Shown: positions 1 through 11,913 of the stretch, one piece after another
Numbering within the stretch: the first letter of the stretch is position 1
Layout: each line of letters opens with the position of its first letter
Position numbers and translations under genes: made by a program
Notes under the pieces: model-generated
The model's input: only the letters and a program-made list of their open reading frames with translations
The model's database searches: none
Told to the model about the DNA's origin: nothing
Assembly: GCA_000708835.1 (NCBI GenBank)
Contig: DF237116.1
Coordinates: 1-64,000 of the forward strand
Length of the DNA: 64,000 nucleotides
Origin: Klebsormidium nitens
Taxonomy: Eukaryota > Plantae > Klebsormidiophyceae
Direction: 5' to 3'

Positions 1-548
1 CAAGTTACGGTACCTAGGTATCGTATAGGTACTTACGGCAATTACCGGTACGCCGGAGTCGCCGGGGCCCGGGGGTACACGTTAAACCCAAGGAGGTACC
101 TACCGGTATACTGAAAGTACCCACCAGTCCTGAGGTACCGGTACCTACCTACCGTAACTTTCAGCTCAGGGCCGGGCAGGCGGTTACCTACCGGTATTCT
201 GTACCTTACAGGTACGGTATGCACAAGTTGCCAGCAACGCTTTGACGGCAGGCCGCAGAATACCTACCGGTACCTACACACCAAGGCCCGTGGCAAGGGT
301 ACGGTACCTCTTCCAGGCTGTGCATGATGCTCATGATGGTGCTGACCACCTTGACTGATGTCAATGACTGGAACTCGGAAAGGAATGCACTGTGCATTGC
401 ATATTCAGGACTGTGTTTTGAAGGGATCCCAGAGCATTGCCATTGGTGTTCGTTGCCGTTCTTTGGCTCCTCTCTCAAGCCCACATGATGCATCAAAACC
501 CAACGCACTGTGGCATTCCGAAGGACTTTTAGAGGTTCACTACCCTGC

Positions 549-3500
549 ATGGAGGGCCGGGAATTTTCAACAGATTCGCTGGCATCGATGGGCGATGCAA
601 AATCTCCATTGAAAACCGCCGCTGGAAGTGCCCAGGCCATTGTTTCTCACATGAGCATCGATTCCCAAGTAGGGTCGAGCAATTGGACACCGGAAAAGGT
701 GGGGTTTGCGAGCTTTGGTGCTACTAGGGATGTTGTCCGTCCTGCTGGAGACCTAGTGGCGCCATTGCATTCCACAAATGCTTCTTCAGTAAAGGGCTGT
801 GAGAGGGTTCCACTTGAAAAAGAATCTGAGGACAGCATCGGAGGCCAATTTAGGCGGCAAGGAGAAAGGGCTCGTTTTGAAAAAGGAAAGGCAATCGAAG
901 AGGAGTCAGAAGGGATCGAACGGATTGGGGAAGGGCCTCAGGCAATGGAGACCGATACTCAAATGCACGCGGAAGAAACCGGGCGATGGCGGAGCGCTTC
1001 GGAGCCCGTTAGGAAAAACTCGGGGAAGGAGCACCTAGACAGGGAGGTGAACCCGGTTCTGCTACGGTTCATAAGTAGTGCCCACTTGTTTGATGGGTCG
1101 GTTGTTAACCCACCGGAAGAAAGCAAAGCTTTATCCAAGCAGCCGGCGTCGCCTACGCTTCTGAAACAGTCGTCCCTGACCAAACTGCAAGTGAGTCCCA
1201 GCTTCAAGCCCAAGGTGGGTCTTGAGCGCAGCCTCAGTTCTAATCTGAGCCTCAAGAAGCCCATCAAGCTGATGCCCAAACCCGCGCCTCTGCCCGACGT
1301 GGTCAGCCCTGCGCAACTAGTGCGCAGCGAGAGCGACTCGCCCGCGTTCGTTTTCACAAGTCAACCGTCGCCCTTTCTCCCGAACCCAGAACAGCCCACA
1401 CGGCAAGATTCGAGCGGCTCGGAAGCGTTAAGCATCGGGGGGCAGTCCCTGGGATCGTCGGACAGTGGTGGGCTCCGATCGATGGGGTCGCTGAACGTGT
1501 TCCGTAACACGGGGGAGCCGGGGATGCATTCGGAGTACTCGGCGAATGAGGGGCCGTCAGGGTACGGTGGAGATGGGAGAGGGGGCGCAAACTTAAGCAA
1601 CTCAGGTGAGTGGAAGTGGTGCATTGGGAAGATTGGGCCTTCTGTTGAATCGATGGTGTCTTCTGAGGTGGTCGATGTTCATGCATTGCGCAGAAATGGG
1701 TGACATTGTATGAATAAGTGGTGCATTGCGCATTTCAGTGGATTGGGTTGTGTGGTTGGGTCCACGCGAGATCAAAGGAGGATTCTGCAATTGGTGCAAC
1801 TGGCAATATTGATGGTACTGTCTTCTTTTTCATGTGTCCTCTGCACTTGCTTGTTCTCATGCACTTCATAAACACGTGGTGCATTTGGAGAGTTTGACGA
1901 TGCCTCGCATGCTTTGGCTGATGTTCACGCATCTGATCATGGTGCAGCTTGATCAGCTTGATCATTCTGAGAGACTCAAAGGGTTGAAATACTAGAGAGT
2001 TCTTGAGCTTGCTGAGAACCTGGCTTGCTTCCGGAGTCATTTGCGTGCTGACTCCGATTTCCATGCATTTTCTATACTTGTTTGGCACCATCATGTAGCA
2101 TTCCAGAAACCCTTGAAAAACTGGTGCATGTGCAAGGATACAGGTGAAAATGCGGTTGGCGGGATGACAAGGGATGACATGCAGCCTTAGAGCTCCACCA
2201 TGTTTTGGTTGAATGGCTGATGATGACTTCCCTCGGCCAGCTCTGAGCTGGCTAAGAGCATGGAAAGTTATGTTTCGAAAGATAAACCAAATAATGATAC
2301 GCCATTGCGATTGGTGGGCTGTCAAAAACTCCAGAATTATTATCTTGCTTGCTGTAGCCTAAAATGCATCGCGCTAAAGTGATTGTTTCTGCTGTCTCAT
2401 TCACCTACCTACAACCACTACTCTCAAGAAACCGATCGCTGGTCTGTTGGTGATGGCCTTTTTCAAAGCTAGAATGGGGTCAGTGGATACCAGATTCAGC
2501 TGACCCTAACCTTGGCAAGTCATAACTTAACCACACTTGCACCTGAGAGACACTGTACTGAAGAGCTGGGGACCTGTTTTCGGTTGGTTTAAAACTTGTT
2601 TGCTTAATGCAGGCATTTAGTAAGACCCAGCTTTCATGTGAAGGAGGGCATACAAGTTTCCCTTCTGATATGGCTTGGGTCGACGGAGCAGGCTGAGCTG
2701 GCTTCTCTCGACTTTGCAAAAATCGCACAATAGCTCCCCATGTAGAAATCGGGAAGAACGCCAGGGGCGAAGGCACTCTGCTAGGCCTGGCGATAATGAC
2801 AGGGGGGATTATTACTCTTAGAATATTTTGGCTTTTCTTCCCACACTGGGATATGCAGTGTGTTAAGCGCCTATATGTCTACTGGTTTGAACTGTTCACA
2901 GGAGATACTCCACCCCCAATTTTGATGGTCGGCGTGCTTTCTTATAGTTGCTGAGAAGGTCAATCTGCAGCGAAGCATACCGAACGGAAAAGGCCTTATG
3001 GTTCATTTGTGAACCGTAGGCTTATCTTTTTTGGATTAAAGGAGCTAGCGGCCCGAGCTACGGTGAAAAAGCTGCAAAAGAAAGTCTTCGGTAACTTGTA
3101 CTTTGAGCTACTTGTAAGGAAGCCAACGACACCTTGTATGGCGAATGGTTCGGTGTACTCCATACAATCTTGAGGCGCTTATTGTGCATTCACAAATACT
3201 CGCTCACCCTGCCGCGCTTGCTTCACTCTGATGGCAGCTTTCGAAGTAACATCGGGGCTAGCATCAACAAGCTAAAAAGGGTTGAACAGAGACGCTTTCG
3301 GGTTTTGCCAGTAGCCCCCACTCGTTTCGGCTGCTTCTGTTCAAGGTGTCAGGTCTATTGCCTGTTAAAATATTTTAAGGGGACGCTCTCAGGTTCTGAC
3401 AATACCCCCCACTCGAATCCACAGGTTCCGGGGGGTTGGTCCAGCTAGCAAGCGCTCACCCAGTCCTCGCGCCCCGTCTCCCGAAGTTCTTTGGAAGGGC

Positions 3501-6500
3501 GCAGCCGACTCCTTCAAGGGGGCAAGCGGCAGTCAGCTCACAAGTGCACCCCATGAGTTTGTCAGAGGGGCCGATTCTCACCAAAACGGTGCAGGTGAAA
3601 TCCAGCTCCGGAAGAAAGGCAAATGGGAAGGAGAGGCAGCTTGCCAATAGGGTCGTTCTCTTTAAGCTGTCTTTAATGTATTCCAAATAAAGCTCGATGT
3701 GTGGTCGTAAGCACTGGCTAGACCCTCAAGAAAGCAATTCAGTAGAAGAAAAATAAAGTCCCCTCCCGTTGCTTCCCAAAAGTGGCCTGAATGAGGACAA
3801 TCCTCTCCCCCCTAAAGTCATTCTGCCCCCTATAAATTTATTGAGGATCCCTCTCTTATGATACTAGGCTCCACAAACTTCAGTCCACAAGCTAGATTCT
3901 TTTTCATGTCTGATCCCAAAAATGTGGGCCTCAGCAAACTGGGCAACTGACAAAAAAGCGTGCCAGATCTTTTCAATCATGGCCAAGAACTCCTCGAAGG
4001 CAACTTTGGCTGTTTACAAGTGCCGTTTCCCTGCTACTCTTCACTGCTCTTCTTATAGCACTGTCATTACAGGTTGATGTGAAAACGGGTCAGAGTAGAC
4101 TCGGGATTCTACCTGTCACAATCAATGTGAACTTCCTCCGTTCTCCGGGAAGAGTATGCGTTCCCGTTAAAATCGATCTCCTGACGGTTTGACACCGCTC
4201 CTGCAGGTTAAGCCCAGCTTCGGGTCTTCGCTCAAGAAGATGGTGTTCAAGAGCTCGAAGAAGAGCGGAGAGTTTGTACGGGACCCTGAGCTCGGCGTTG
4301 TGCCCGCGGCCCCTGCAACTGCTTCTGCTACGGGCGAGGTGGATATTCTCTGCTCTCACCCCTGTAATAGCAAGCCTTGTCTGCTTTCGGGGTCTTGGAT
4401 CGTCGGCGAGGTTGTTTCATTCGCAATTTCGGAGACGTTGAAACATTTTTGGCGATCCTGCTGGTATTGTGGCTGTTTGGCGGACATGGTAACGGGTTCT
4501 TTGTGTATGGGCTACGGGTACTCCAACAACAGTTGCATCTCCCAACTCCGGAGGACTCTCAAAACTGCCTTGTTTTGGTCTTACCATGAATCCAACGGCT
4601 TCCGGGTTGTACTCGGTCAACATGAACTTACCTTTCGGAACACGCACCGAGCGGCGCGTGCTTGCCTTGGCGATCTCCGAGTGGAGTAACTTCAAATGAC
4701 GTCAGTGAACCAGCTTACTGGTATCTTACCTTCTTAAGATAAGCTCGTCTGCGTTCACAGGTGTGGAGTGACGTCCACATACAGGAGAACGCGGCGCTGC
4801 CCTCTGGATGGCGGAAGCCCTTTGCTGATTCAAACTACGTTCCCCAGTGGTCGGCCATCTCCACTGAGTGAGTAACTGGTGTTAAACCAGCTTTAAGTCA
4901 GAGTGGTTTTAAGAACTTGACACCGTTTGGCGTTTCTAATTCTAAAGGAAGCCTTCTGCCGATGTAGATTGTATAGCCCCCAGTGGTCAGCAATCTCCAC
5001 ACAGAGTGAGTGGGCGGTGTCAAGCCAGTCGTGTATGAAGTCACTTGAGAACGTGACACTTCATTCACATCCCGTGCAAGCCTTGCTTGGAGTACTAAGA
5101 AATGACACGACAGAGAGTTTTTACGGAAGCCCTGTGCCGCTCTGCTGACAGAAGTCGGCGTTTAGAAAGACTGGTGAAAGGTGCCGATTTAAGCTCAGCG
5201 CAAGGTTTCCAGAAAGATGTGACACTTCTTTGATATCAGCTCCGATAGCTCCTTGCCGGCGTGGCCTAGACCCACTGCTAAGAACGGGTTGCCTCCGGTA
5301 CTCAAGTTCTGGTTGATGATAGTTAGACGCTTTGAGAGCAAGAGACGGGGGCAGCGTAGAGTTCAACTTCAGACGCTTTGAGAAGCAAGAGACGGGGGCA
5401 GCGTAGAATCGAACTTCAGAACGCATCATTCGAGTCGGACGGACGCTCGGACTTGATGTTCAAGACAACGGTATCGCGACTTTTACAACTATACAGTTTC
5501 TTTGTTGGTTAGGGATGTGACTGCTGAAACCTAGTTCTCTTTCTGCTGCAGCGAGTTGATATCCCAGCCTGCTCCACCGAGAATCGGTACCATTCTGTGC
5601 TACCTCGTGCGGAATCGAGACAAGAAGCACCCGACCTTCTGGATGTACACGCAGGTGAGCTCCTTCCCCCGCTTTCTTTTCTTCTTCTTTCCGCTTTGCT
5701 TCTGTTCTAATAACATCTTCCTGTGTCGATCTCAGTGACTTGATTACGGCCTAGCAGGGGAGGTCAAGCGCAAGAAGACTCGGCGAAGCTGGCCTACACA
5801 AGCATAGACCGAGTCCGTATTCTACTGTACCCATGGAGCGGGCTCTATTGATTCATACGAAAGCGGAGCTCTGAAATGTCGGCTGACGTCAGCGGGCTGC
5901 CCTGTTTGAATCACTAGCATACACGGTCTACACTCGTCCTAGGCCGCTCGTTCTTTGCTCGGTTCAGTTCTGCAAACTATGACAAGGTTGACAAACGCCG
6001 GTCGTTTATGCCTGGTTGATCTCACACAGCTGTGGGCTGATGTCTTGGCGCCACTTCGGGTTCGTCCATTACCCCTTAATCTTGCGGTATTTCCACCCGG
6101 TGTTTACCTTAGAACGTCCGCATTCTTTAGTCCAGGAAAACACGGTTGCCAAACGGTTGCTTCTACTTGCCCGCTTTAATAGCCGGGGTCCGTTGGCGGG
6201 CGGTGAATACATCTTTTTATCAGGAATAGCTTCTGTGGAACCTTGGACTTTCCTCAAGCTGATGTAAACCCATTCGTGCAGGAAAGCACGGTGGCCGACC
6301 GGTTGCTCTTAGTCGCCCGGTTCAAACAGCCGCGGTCCGATGGCGGGCGGTGATTGCATCTTATTCACGAATGGAGACGTTTGCTGGACGATTTGAACCC
6401 GTTCAATTCCCTTCTTAACGCTACGTAAGTCTATTGGCCCCTGAAAACCCGTTCGAAACCCTCTGTAAAGTGGGAGTAACTCATTCATGCAGGAAAACAC

Positions 6501-9500
6501 GGTTGCCGACCGGTTGCTTTTAGTCGCCCGGTTCAACAGCCGGGGGCCGATGGCGGGTGGTGAATACGTCGTCTCCAAGAGCGAGAGGGGCCTTCAAACG
6601 AAGGACCAAAGAGACGGCTACTGCGGGCGTGTTCGATCCAACTTTTCCGGGTCGCGCTTCCAGTTCTACGACCATGTGAGGGGTTTTTCGAAGGGCGTTT
6701 CATCTTTGTTTTCTTGGGTTTCTCTGGATGGTTCCATAATTCAGGATTTTCTCAACATGAGACGGCTACTGCAGCTTAGTCCGGTCGACCTTTCCGGGGT
6801 CACGTTTCCAGTTCTACGACCCTGTAAAAGGTCTTCCGGACGCTTTATTTTCTCTGGTTTTCTTGCATTGGAGTTCTTGGGATGAGTATTCAAGATGTGA
6901 AACGGCTTCCGCAACTTCGCCGAGTCCGTATTCTCGGGGTCTCCCTTCCACTTTTACCACCATGGAAGAGCGTTGTCTGCCGTCTAGAAGCCTGTATCCG
7001 ATCCTTTGGAGTCAGGCTTCGACAACGAGTCTTTATTGCGGACATTCATGATGAAAACATTCGTTGAGGCCGGCTTCTGTCATGCTTCTTGCAGTCCCCC
7101 TCCCATGACCGGTTAGAACATCCTATAAAGCCCACGACAGAAGTTGATCAGTATGGAACGGTCGCCTTATCGGATCCGGACGATCCAGACTGTGTCCGAG
7201 AATGCAGATGTGGACAAACCCCGGACAATAATTTAAGCATAGTTTGGGACGATTCTCTGACCATCTGGACGCCTCCTTTTCGCAGACTGTGTCCGAGAAA
7301 CAGATGTGGACGCAGGACTCTGTGGCGCACACCCAGGGCGCTGTGAGGTGAGGGGGCGGGTGACGTCACCTTGTTAACAGGCTTTCGTCTTGCCTGAGCC
7401 GCTCTCTTCTTAGTATCCCTCTTCCTCTGTGCTGACAAGGAGTAGGTGCGGTAGAGGTGATGATACTGAGTACCTGAGTGTCAGAAACAAGAAAGAACTT
7501 ATCCTCCCTACGACTATAAGAGGATTCCTTACGGTTCGGAACGCGAATCGCTGACGTTCAAGCGTTCTCGTTGGGCGAGCTATATGAGAGTCATTCGCTG
7601 AGGTCCTGCTAAATCTCACAGCAGTCATTTCCTGGAAAATAAGAAGTTTATAGTTTTCTCGACAGGGAGTGCCCGGTCGTGCCAGCACTCTGATATTTGC
7701 GGTAACCGGATGATGCAGTTGGGAATCGACGGCTAACACGCTTGCGGGGGGGTGGCGAAAGATGGGCGTTGCGGTGAAAGCACTTGACGAGGAGTCGCCA
7801 GCACCGACGTCGAACAAGGTGGGCGCCTTTTAACGTAGTCCAATGAAATGATTGCGAATGAATGCGTAAGTATTTGCATTTGGAGGGTTAGACAGTCAAA
7901 TTAAAGATTCGGAAAGGTTAAAATTTTCTGGAATGGTGCTCGGAAGCCCCAAAAGGACCAGAACAGCCTGCAAATGTTCTTTTTAGGCGATGGGAATCGA
8001 GATTGTTGTCGGAACGAGCATAAATGTTTCTGCTTTCCTGGTCGATTGTCGGAAAGCAATTCAAAATAGAGTTGTTCGGAATCATCACCTTAGACTACGG
8101 TACTCCTCTTCCCATGCCCTAAGGCACTTTCATGAGAGAGCATACAAGTAGTAGAATGTTTGGTAAGAACGAAACCCAGACCACAATCGTGAGGTACTGA
8201 GCCCTTAAATCCCCTCAACTTCCTTGGCTGCTGGATATTCTGTTGACCTTCTCATGAGCACGAGCCTAATTCTGGTTATGCTTTTGACTTTCCTTGTCAG
8301 GCAAAGGGTAAACAAAAACCTGGGCCTTGAATTACTTCGTCTTCTTCTCGGTCTTAAACCTGTTCCTGAATTGCCTTATATTCTATATTCAGGTCAAGGG
8401 ATGTGAAGCATCGAGCCCGTTGCTTCCCTAGTTGAGAAACATTTGGCAACAAATTCTCGAGCATGGAACGGAAATTAGAACTGCAGTCTGCTTATTTTTC
8501 CAAGTGAAACTGTATCGACAATTGGGTCTCGAGTTCCCCCGGCCGTAAGACTAGCTGGCGACCGCTTCCGACCAAAGCCTGTGTCTCGACCTGCTTTCTC
8601 AATTTGTCCGTTAGCCTGTTTCTGAAACTACGTTCTGCTCTGTTCTCAGGTGAAGGGGGATGGAGAACCGGGCCCCTGGTCCCCGCGGTTGTGGGACAAC
8701 ATGGAGCGCGAAAGGCAGTGCCGCTGCCTGCTGTCAAAAGAACCGGAGCACAAGATTGTGAGTAACTTAACTGCTTTAGGATCATGGTCGGACTGAAATT
8801 GCACTGAGCGTCAGGGCTAGGTTAGGTTCTAGAGTTTGGTTAGGGTTAGGGTCAGTGTTCCGATTTCAGTCGGACTTTTCGACATCTGCAAAACAAGGTA
8901 GGCGTGGTAAACTTCTTTGGATTTCCGGAAACATTGGCGTCTTTGAACCTAATTTTGTGGATCTTGCACTCTGACGGTCCTCACACAGTCGCTCCCTTCT
9001 TGTAAGGGTGTCAAATGCTCTAGCAATTTGGCTCTGCGTGAAAAGATACGAAAACGCCCAGAAGAAAGCTCGCTTCCGGGCAGATTCGCTTTCCCTCTTG
9101 TATGAAGCCAGACGTCTTTCACGCTGTGGCTCATGAATGGAGTCCTGACCGTCCGTTCCCGCCACGTGGCAGGACGACAAGGGGCGGGAGAGCTTCTTCC
9201 TTCAATACGGCGACAGGTGCAACTTCCCGTCAAAGCGCAACTTCCAGCTAGTCTCAAAGGTGAGGGGATCCAGGGATCTGTCCTTGTGGTTGCATGGGAA
9301 AGTCTTCTGCAGTTTGATTGGGGACTATCAACCTTTTCCCACGGACCATCTTCGAGTTGATGGAGAACGCTGGTTGAGCTGACTGCTGACTTTAGGTCAC
9401 ATCCGCCAAACATGTCGATTGACCTTAGGCTTCCCCTTGAATTCCGAGTGAATAATTGGGTTTGATACCGATTTTCCGACAGACTCGGGACAAGGTCTTT

Positions 9501-9902
9501 GAATAGACCTGTTCATGCTCTAGTTGATTGCAGGTTCCTTCAAAATCTCTGTACTACTTTTCAAGTCTTGCGCCTTCAGTCGTTCATGAAGCTTCCGTGA
9601 TTTTGCCGACCCAAGCGTTACAACCATGAAACACCTCGAACCAAAAATACTCGTACTTTTGGTATCGCCCTGGACAATCACCTTCTCTGTTCGGCAGGCC
9701 TGATCACAAATTGCTTTAATTGGACATCTAAAGCAACACGGTATCTCTCTTGTTACAGGCCGATCCTGACGCCGTAGTGTGTTTACTGGGGAAGGTTGAG
9801 CAAGACGCGTTTGCACTGGACTACAGCTATCCTCTATCCGCATTCCAAGCGTTTTGCGTTGCGCTCACGTCGATCAACGACAAGTGGTGTTTTGCAGTCT
9901 GA
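549..9902 (+). CDS. Tubby-domain (TLP/TULP-like) protein with a long Ser/Pro-rich N-terminus, multi-exon
   Basis: GT-AG exons: 549-1605, 3425-3594, 4207-4338, 4761-4867, 5552-5654, 6493-6675, [one unresolved 3n+1 exon in 6676-7285], 7286-7347, 8650-8757, 9173-9259, 9759-9902. Phases agree except at the unresolved junction. Tubby motifs: SQPAPPRIGTILCYLVRNRDKK, LLLVARF, GRVRSNFSGSRFQFYD, SKRNFQLV, LGKVEQDAFALDYSYPLSAFQAFCVALTSI. Linking the N-terminal exons and the start at 549 is inferred from phase continuity. Confidence 0.8.
5325..5417. repeat. ~46-bp direct tandem duplication in a Tubby intron
   Basis: agacgctttgagagcaagagacgggggcagcgtagagttcaacttc followed by agacgctttgagaagcaagagacgggggcagcgtagaatcgaacttc. 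Confidence 0.9.
6136..6822 (+). repeat. Degenerate intronic copies of the ends of Tubby exon 6493-6675
   Basis: 5'-half copies with acceptor AG at ~6136-6213 and ~6282-6360 (frameshifted); 3'-half copy ending in a GT at ~6759-6826. Confidence 0.85.
8787..8875. mobile_element. Short fold-back element with a telomere-like core
   Basis: Arms gtcggactgaaattgcactga (8787-8807) and tcagtgttccgatttcagtcggac (8852-8875) are imperfect inverted repeats around gggctaggttagg...ggttagggttaggg. Confidence 0.5.
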
Positions 9903-11913
9903 TTTGCAGCCGTAAGAGATTTCTGTACAGTTACAGTTAGAAATTTATGGTAGTTGTGGAAGATGTGTACAGTGATAGAGCACCGGAAGACAGCACACAC
10001 CGTACCCATGCAAAGACAAAGAGTACGTTGGTTTTAACCGCACTAACGCTTTACGAAGCCGGGGAGGTTTGCCGTAGACTTGTGTAATAAGTTGGGTTCA
10101 AACTACTGGTATGTTGTTGAGACCGTTGAATCCAGAGTGATAAGGCGTCCGACCTTTCTGACTCGGTTGTTGTCAAAAGCTGCTGACTCGGCGTTTGCTA
10201 GAGGTTGAAGTCTTGAGCAGAACTCAGCCTAACAGCACGTATCCCACTGGCTTAGAAACTTAGCCACAAAGTAATCACGTCCAATAGCAAAACGGGCCGT
10301 CCTTAGGGTATCTAGCGGGGACGTACTTGTTCACAGACGACGTCGCTCATGGTAGGAATTGAAAGTCTTGGTAATCATTACCATGCAATTAATTCTGACG
10401 AAGGGCGAGACCTGCCAATTGGCAAACGAATATCCCACCGTCGTCGGAACGTCCCACGCTCACTGGATATTGCTGGATTCAGTCATTAGATGTTGCAACA
10501 TTCAACGATGAACTCATAACAGTTCGTATTGCGGAGTCATCATGGTGTTCCGACATGATGTCTTAGTCATCATGAACTGCGCATATGATAAGCAGGATAC
10601 CAATCTTGACTCAATTAATCAATCACAGCTAGATGCAGCATGCAATCATTGTTTCCGCTTGTCAATAGCTTCGAAAACATTTTGTGTGCCCGTGGCAGTA
10701 CTAACAAAAAACTTCCGTGGCATGCTGACAAATAACTTCCGGCATAAGTGAAGTGACTTGCAGCCGGAATGCCGCAGGCTCATGTGTGCGCACAATGAAC
10801 CGGCCAAATATAGCCAAACCAGTCTTGCATTGGCAGCATGGCAGTGCCAGGACGGTGGTATTATGCGGCCATCTATCGACCGTACTGAGCTAAGTTTGGG
10901 CAACTTAAGAACCGTCTCTAATGGAAGTATATATATTGAAGTCTGTCAACAACAACCAATCTCCACAAGGTTCGTTGCATCCACACCGACTTGAAGGGTC
11001 AAATACGTTAGAGAAAATCTTGAGGCACTGTTCAATTATGTACGGCCAGCCAAATCACTACGCAACGACTCGTTCAATGAAAACCTTCTAGCGGCTTAGA
11101 AATGTAGGTTTAGAGGAATCTTCAACCACGTTTGTACAATTCAACATATCAATCCGTGGATAAAACCGACCTTGTCAACAATGTAGCTGACGACCTGCCT
11201 GGTCAAGCATCAACGTAACTCGCTTTGATGCAAGGCAAATTGTAACATAACTTACGTCAGTGCATTTTGCGTTACTACCCCTGCGAGACGACACTACAAC
11301 GCTTGCCACGACTCCTGGGACCTGTCAACTAGACTAACATAGAGGGACTCTAAGCAAGGCTGATGGGTGCAGGTGTGAAGATTCCGGTCTTGGCATACCA
11401 GTTCGGGGTGGGGCTGAAAGTGGTATTGCTCAGGTAAGTCCACAGAATTGTGGCAAAATGTTGGAGGACCTGCAAAGACGATTCCCAACCTTCAATATAT
11501 GTTGGCGCTTTTGCACAGAAAGGACGACACGAAAGTGGCTGGGCTGCCTTGAAAATGTGGCTCAATCAAATGGCTGCAAAGCAATCCGCACATCTTAGAC
11601 TATTCTCCGACGCCGAGTTCCTACCGAATAAGTAGAGAAGCACGTTGATGTGTTGAAGTTGAGATGCAAAGTGTAAGTGCGTCGGAACGTTTGAGCACAA
11701 CTCGAAATGACACTTGGGGATGTCTGCTCCCACAAACAAGATGTCTTGCTCAATCAGACACCGAAGTAGCTCTAGCAAAAGGCGTCGAAGAAGTAGGGGA
11801 AGAACGGACTTGGAAGGGGTTTTCTTGTGGCCCCACGAGCTGCGCTCGGTTCGACCAAACCTCCGAGATGCTATTGGCAGCCGTGTCTGGTGCGCTCGTG
11901 AAAAAGTGCGCCT

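Noticed and set aside
1735-2325. 196-aa antisense ORF inside Tubby intron 1
   Set aside because: No recognisable motif, non-ATG start and no clear codon bias; cannot be told apart from a chance ORF without a search.
4339-4689. Read-through ORF after Tubby exon 3 (Cys/Trp-rich peptide)
   Set aside because: Phase-consistent splicing 4338 to 4761 explains the region as intron; no family confidently recognised.
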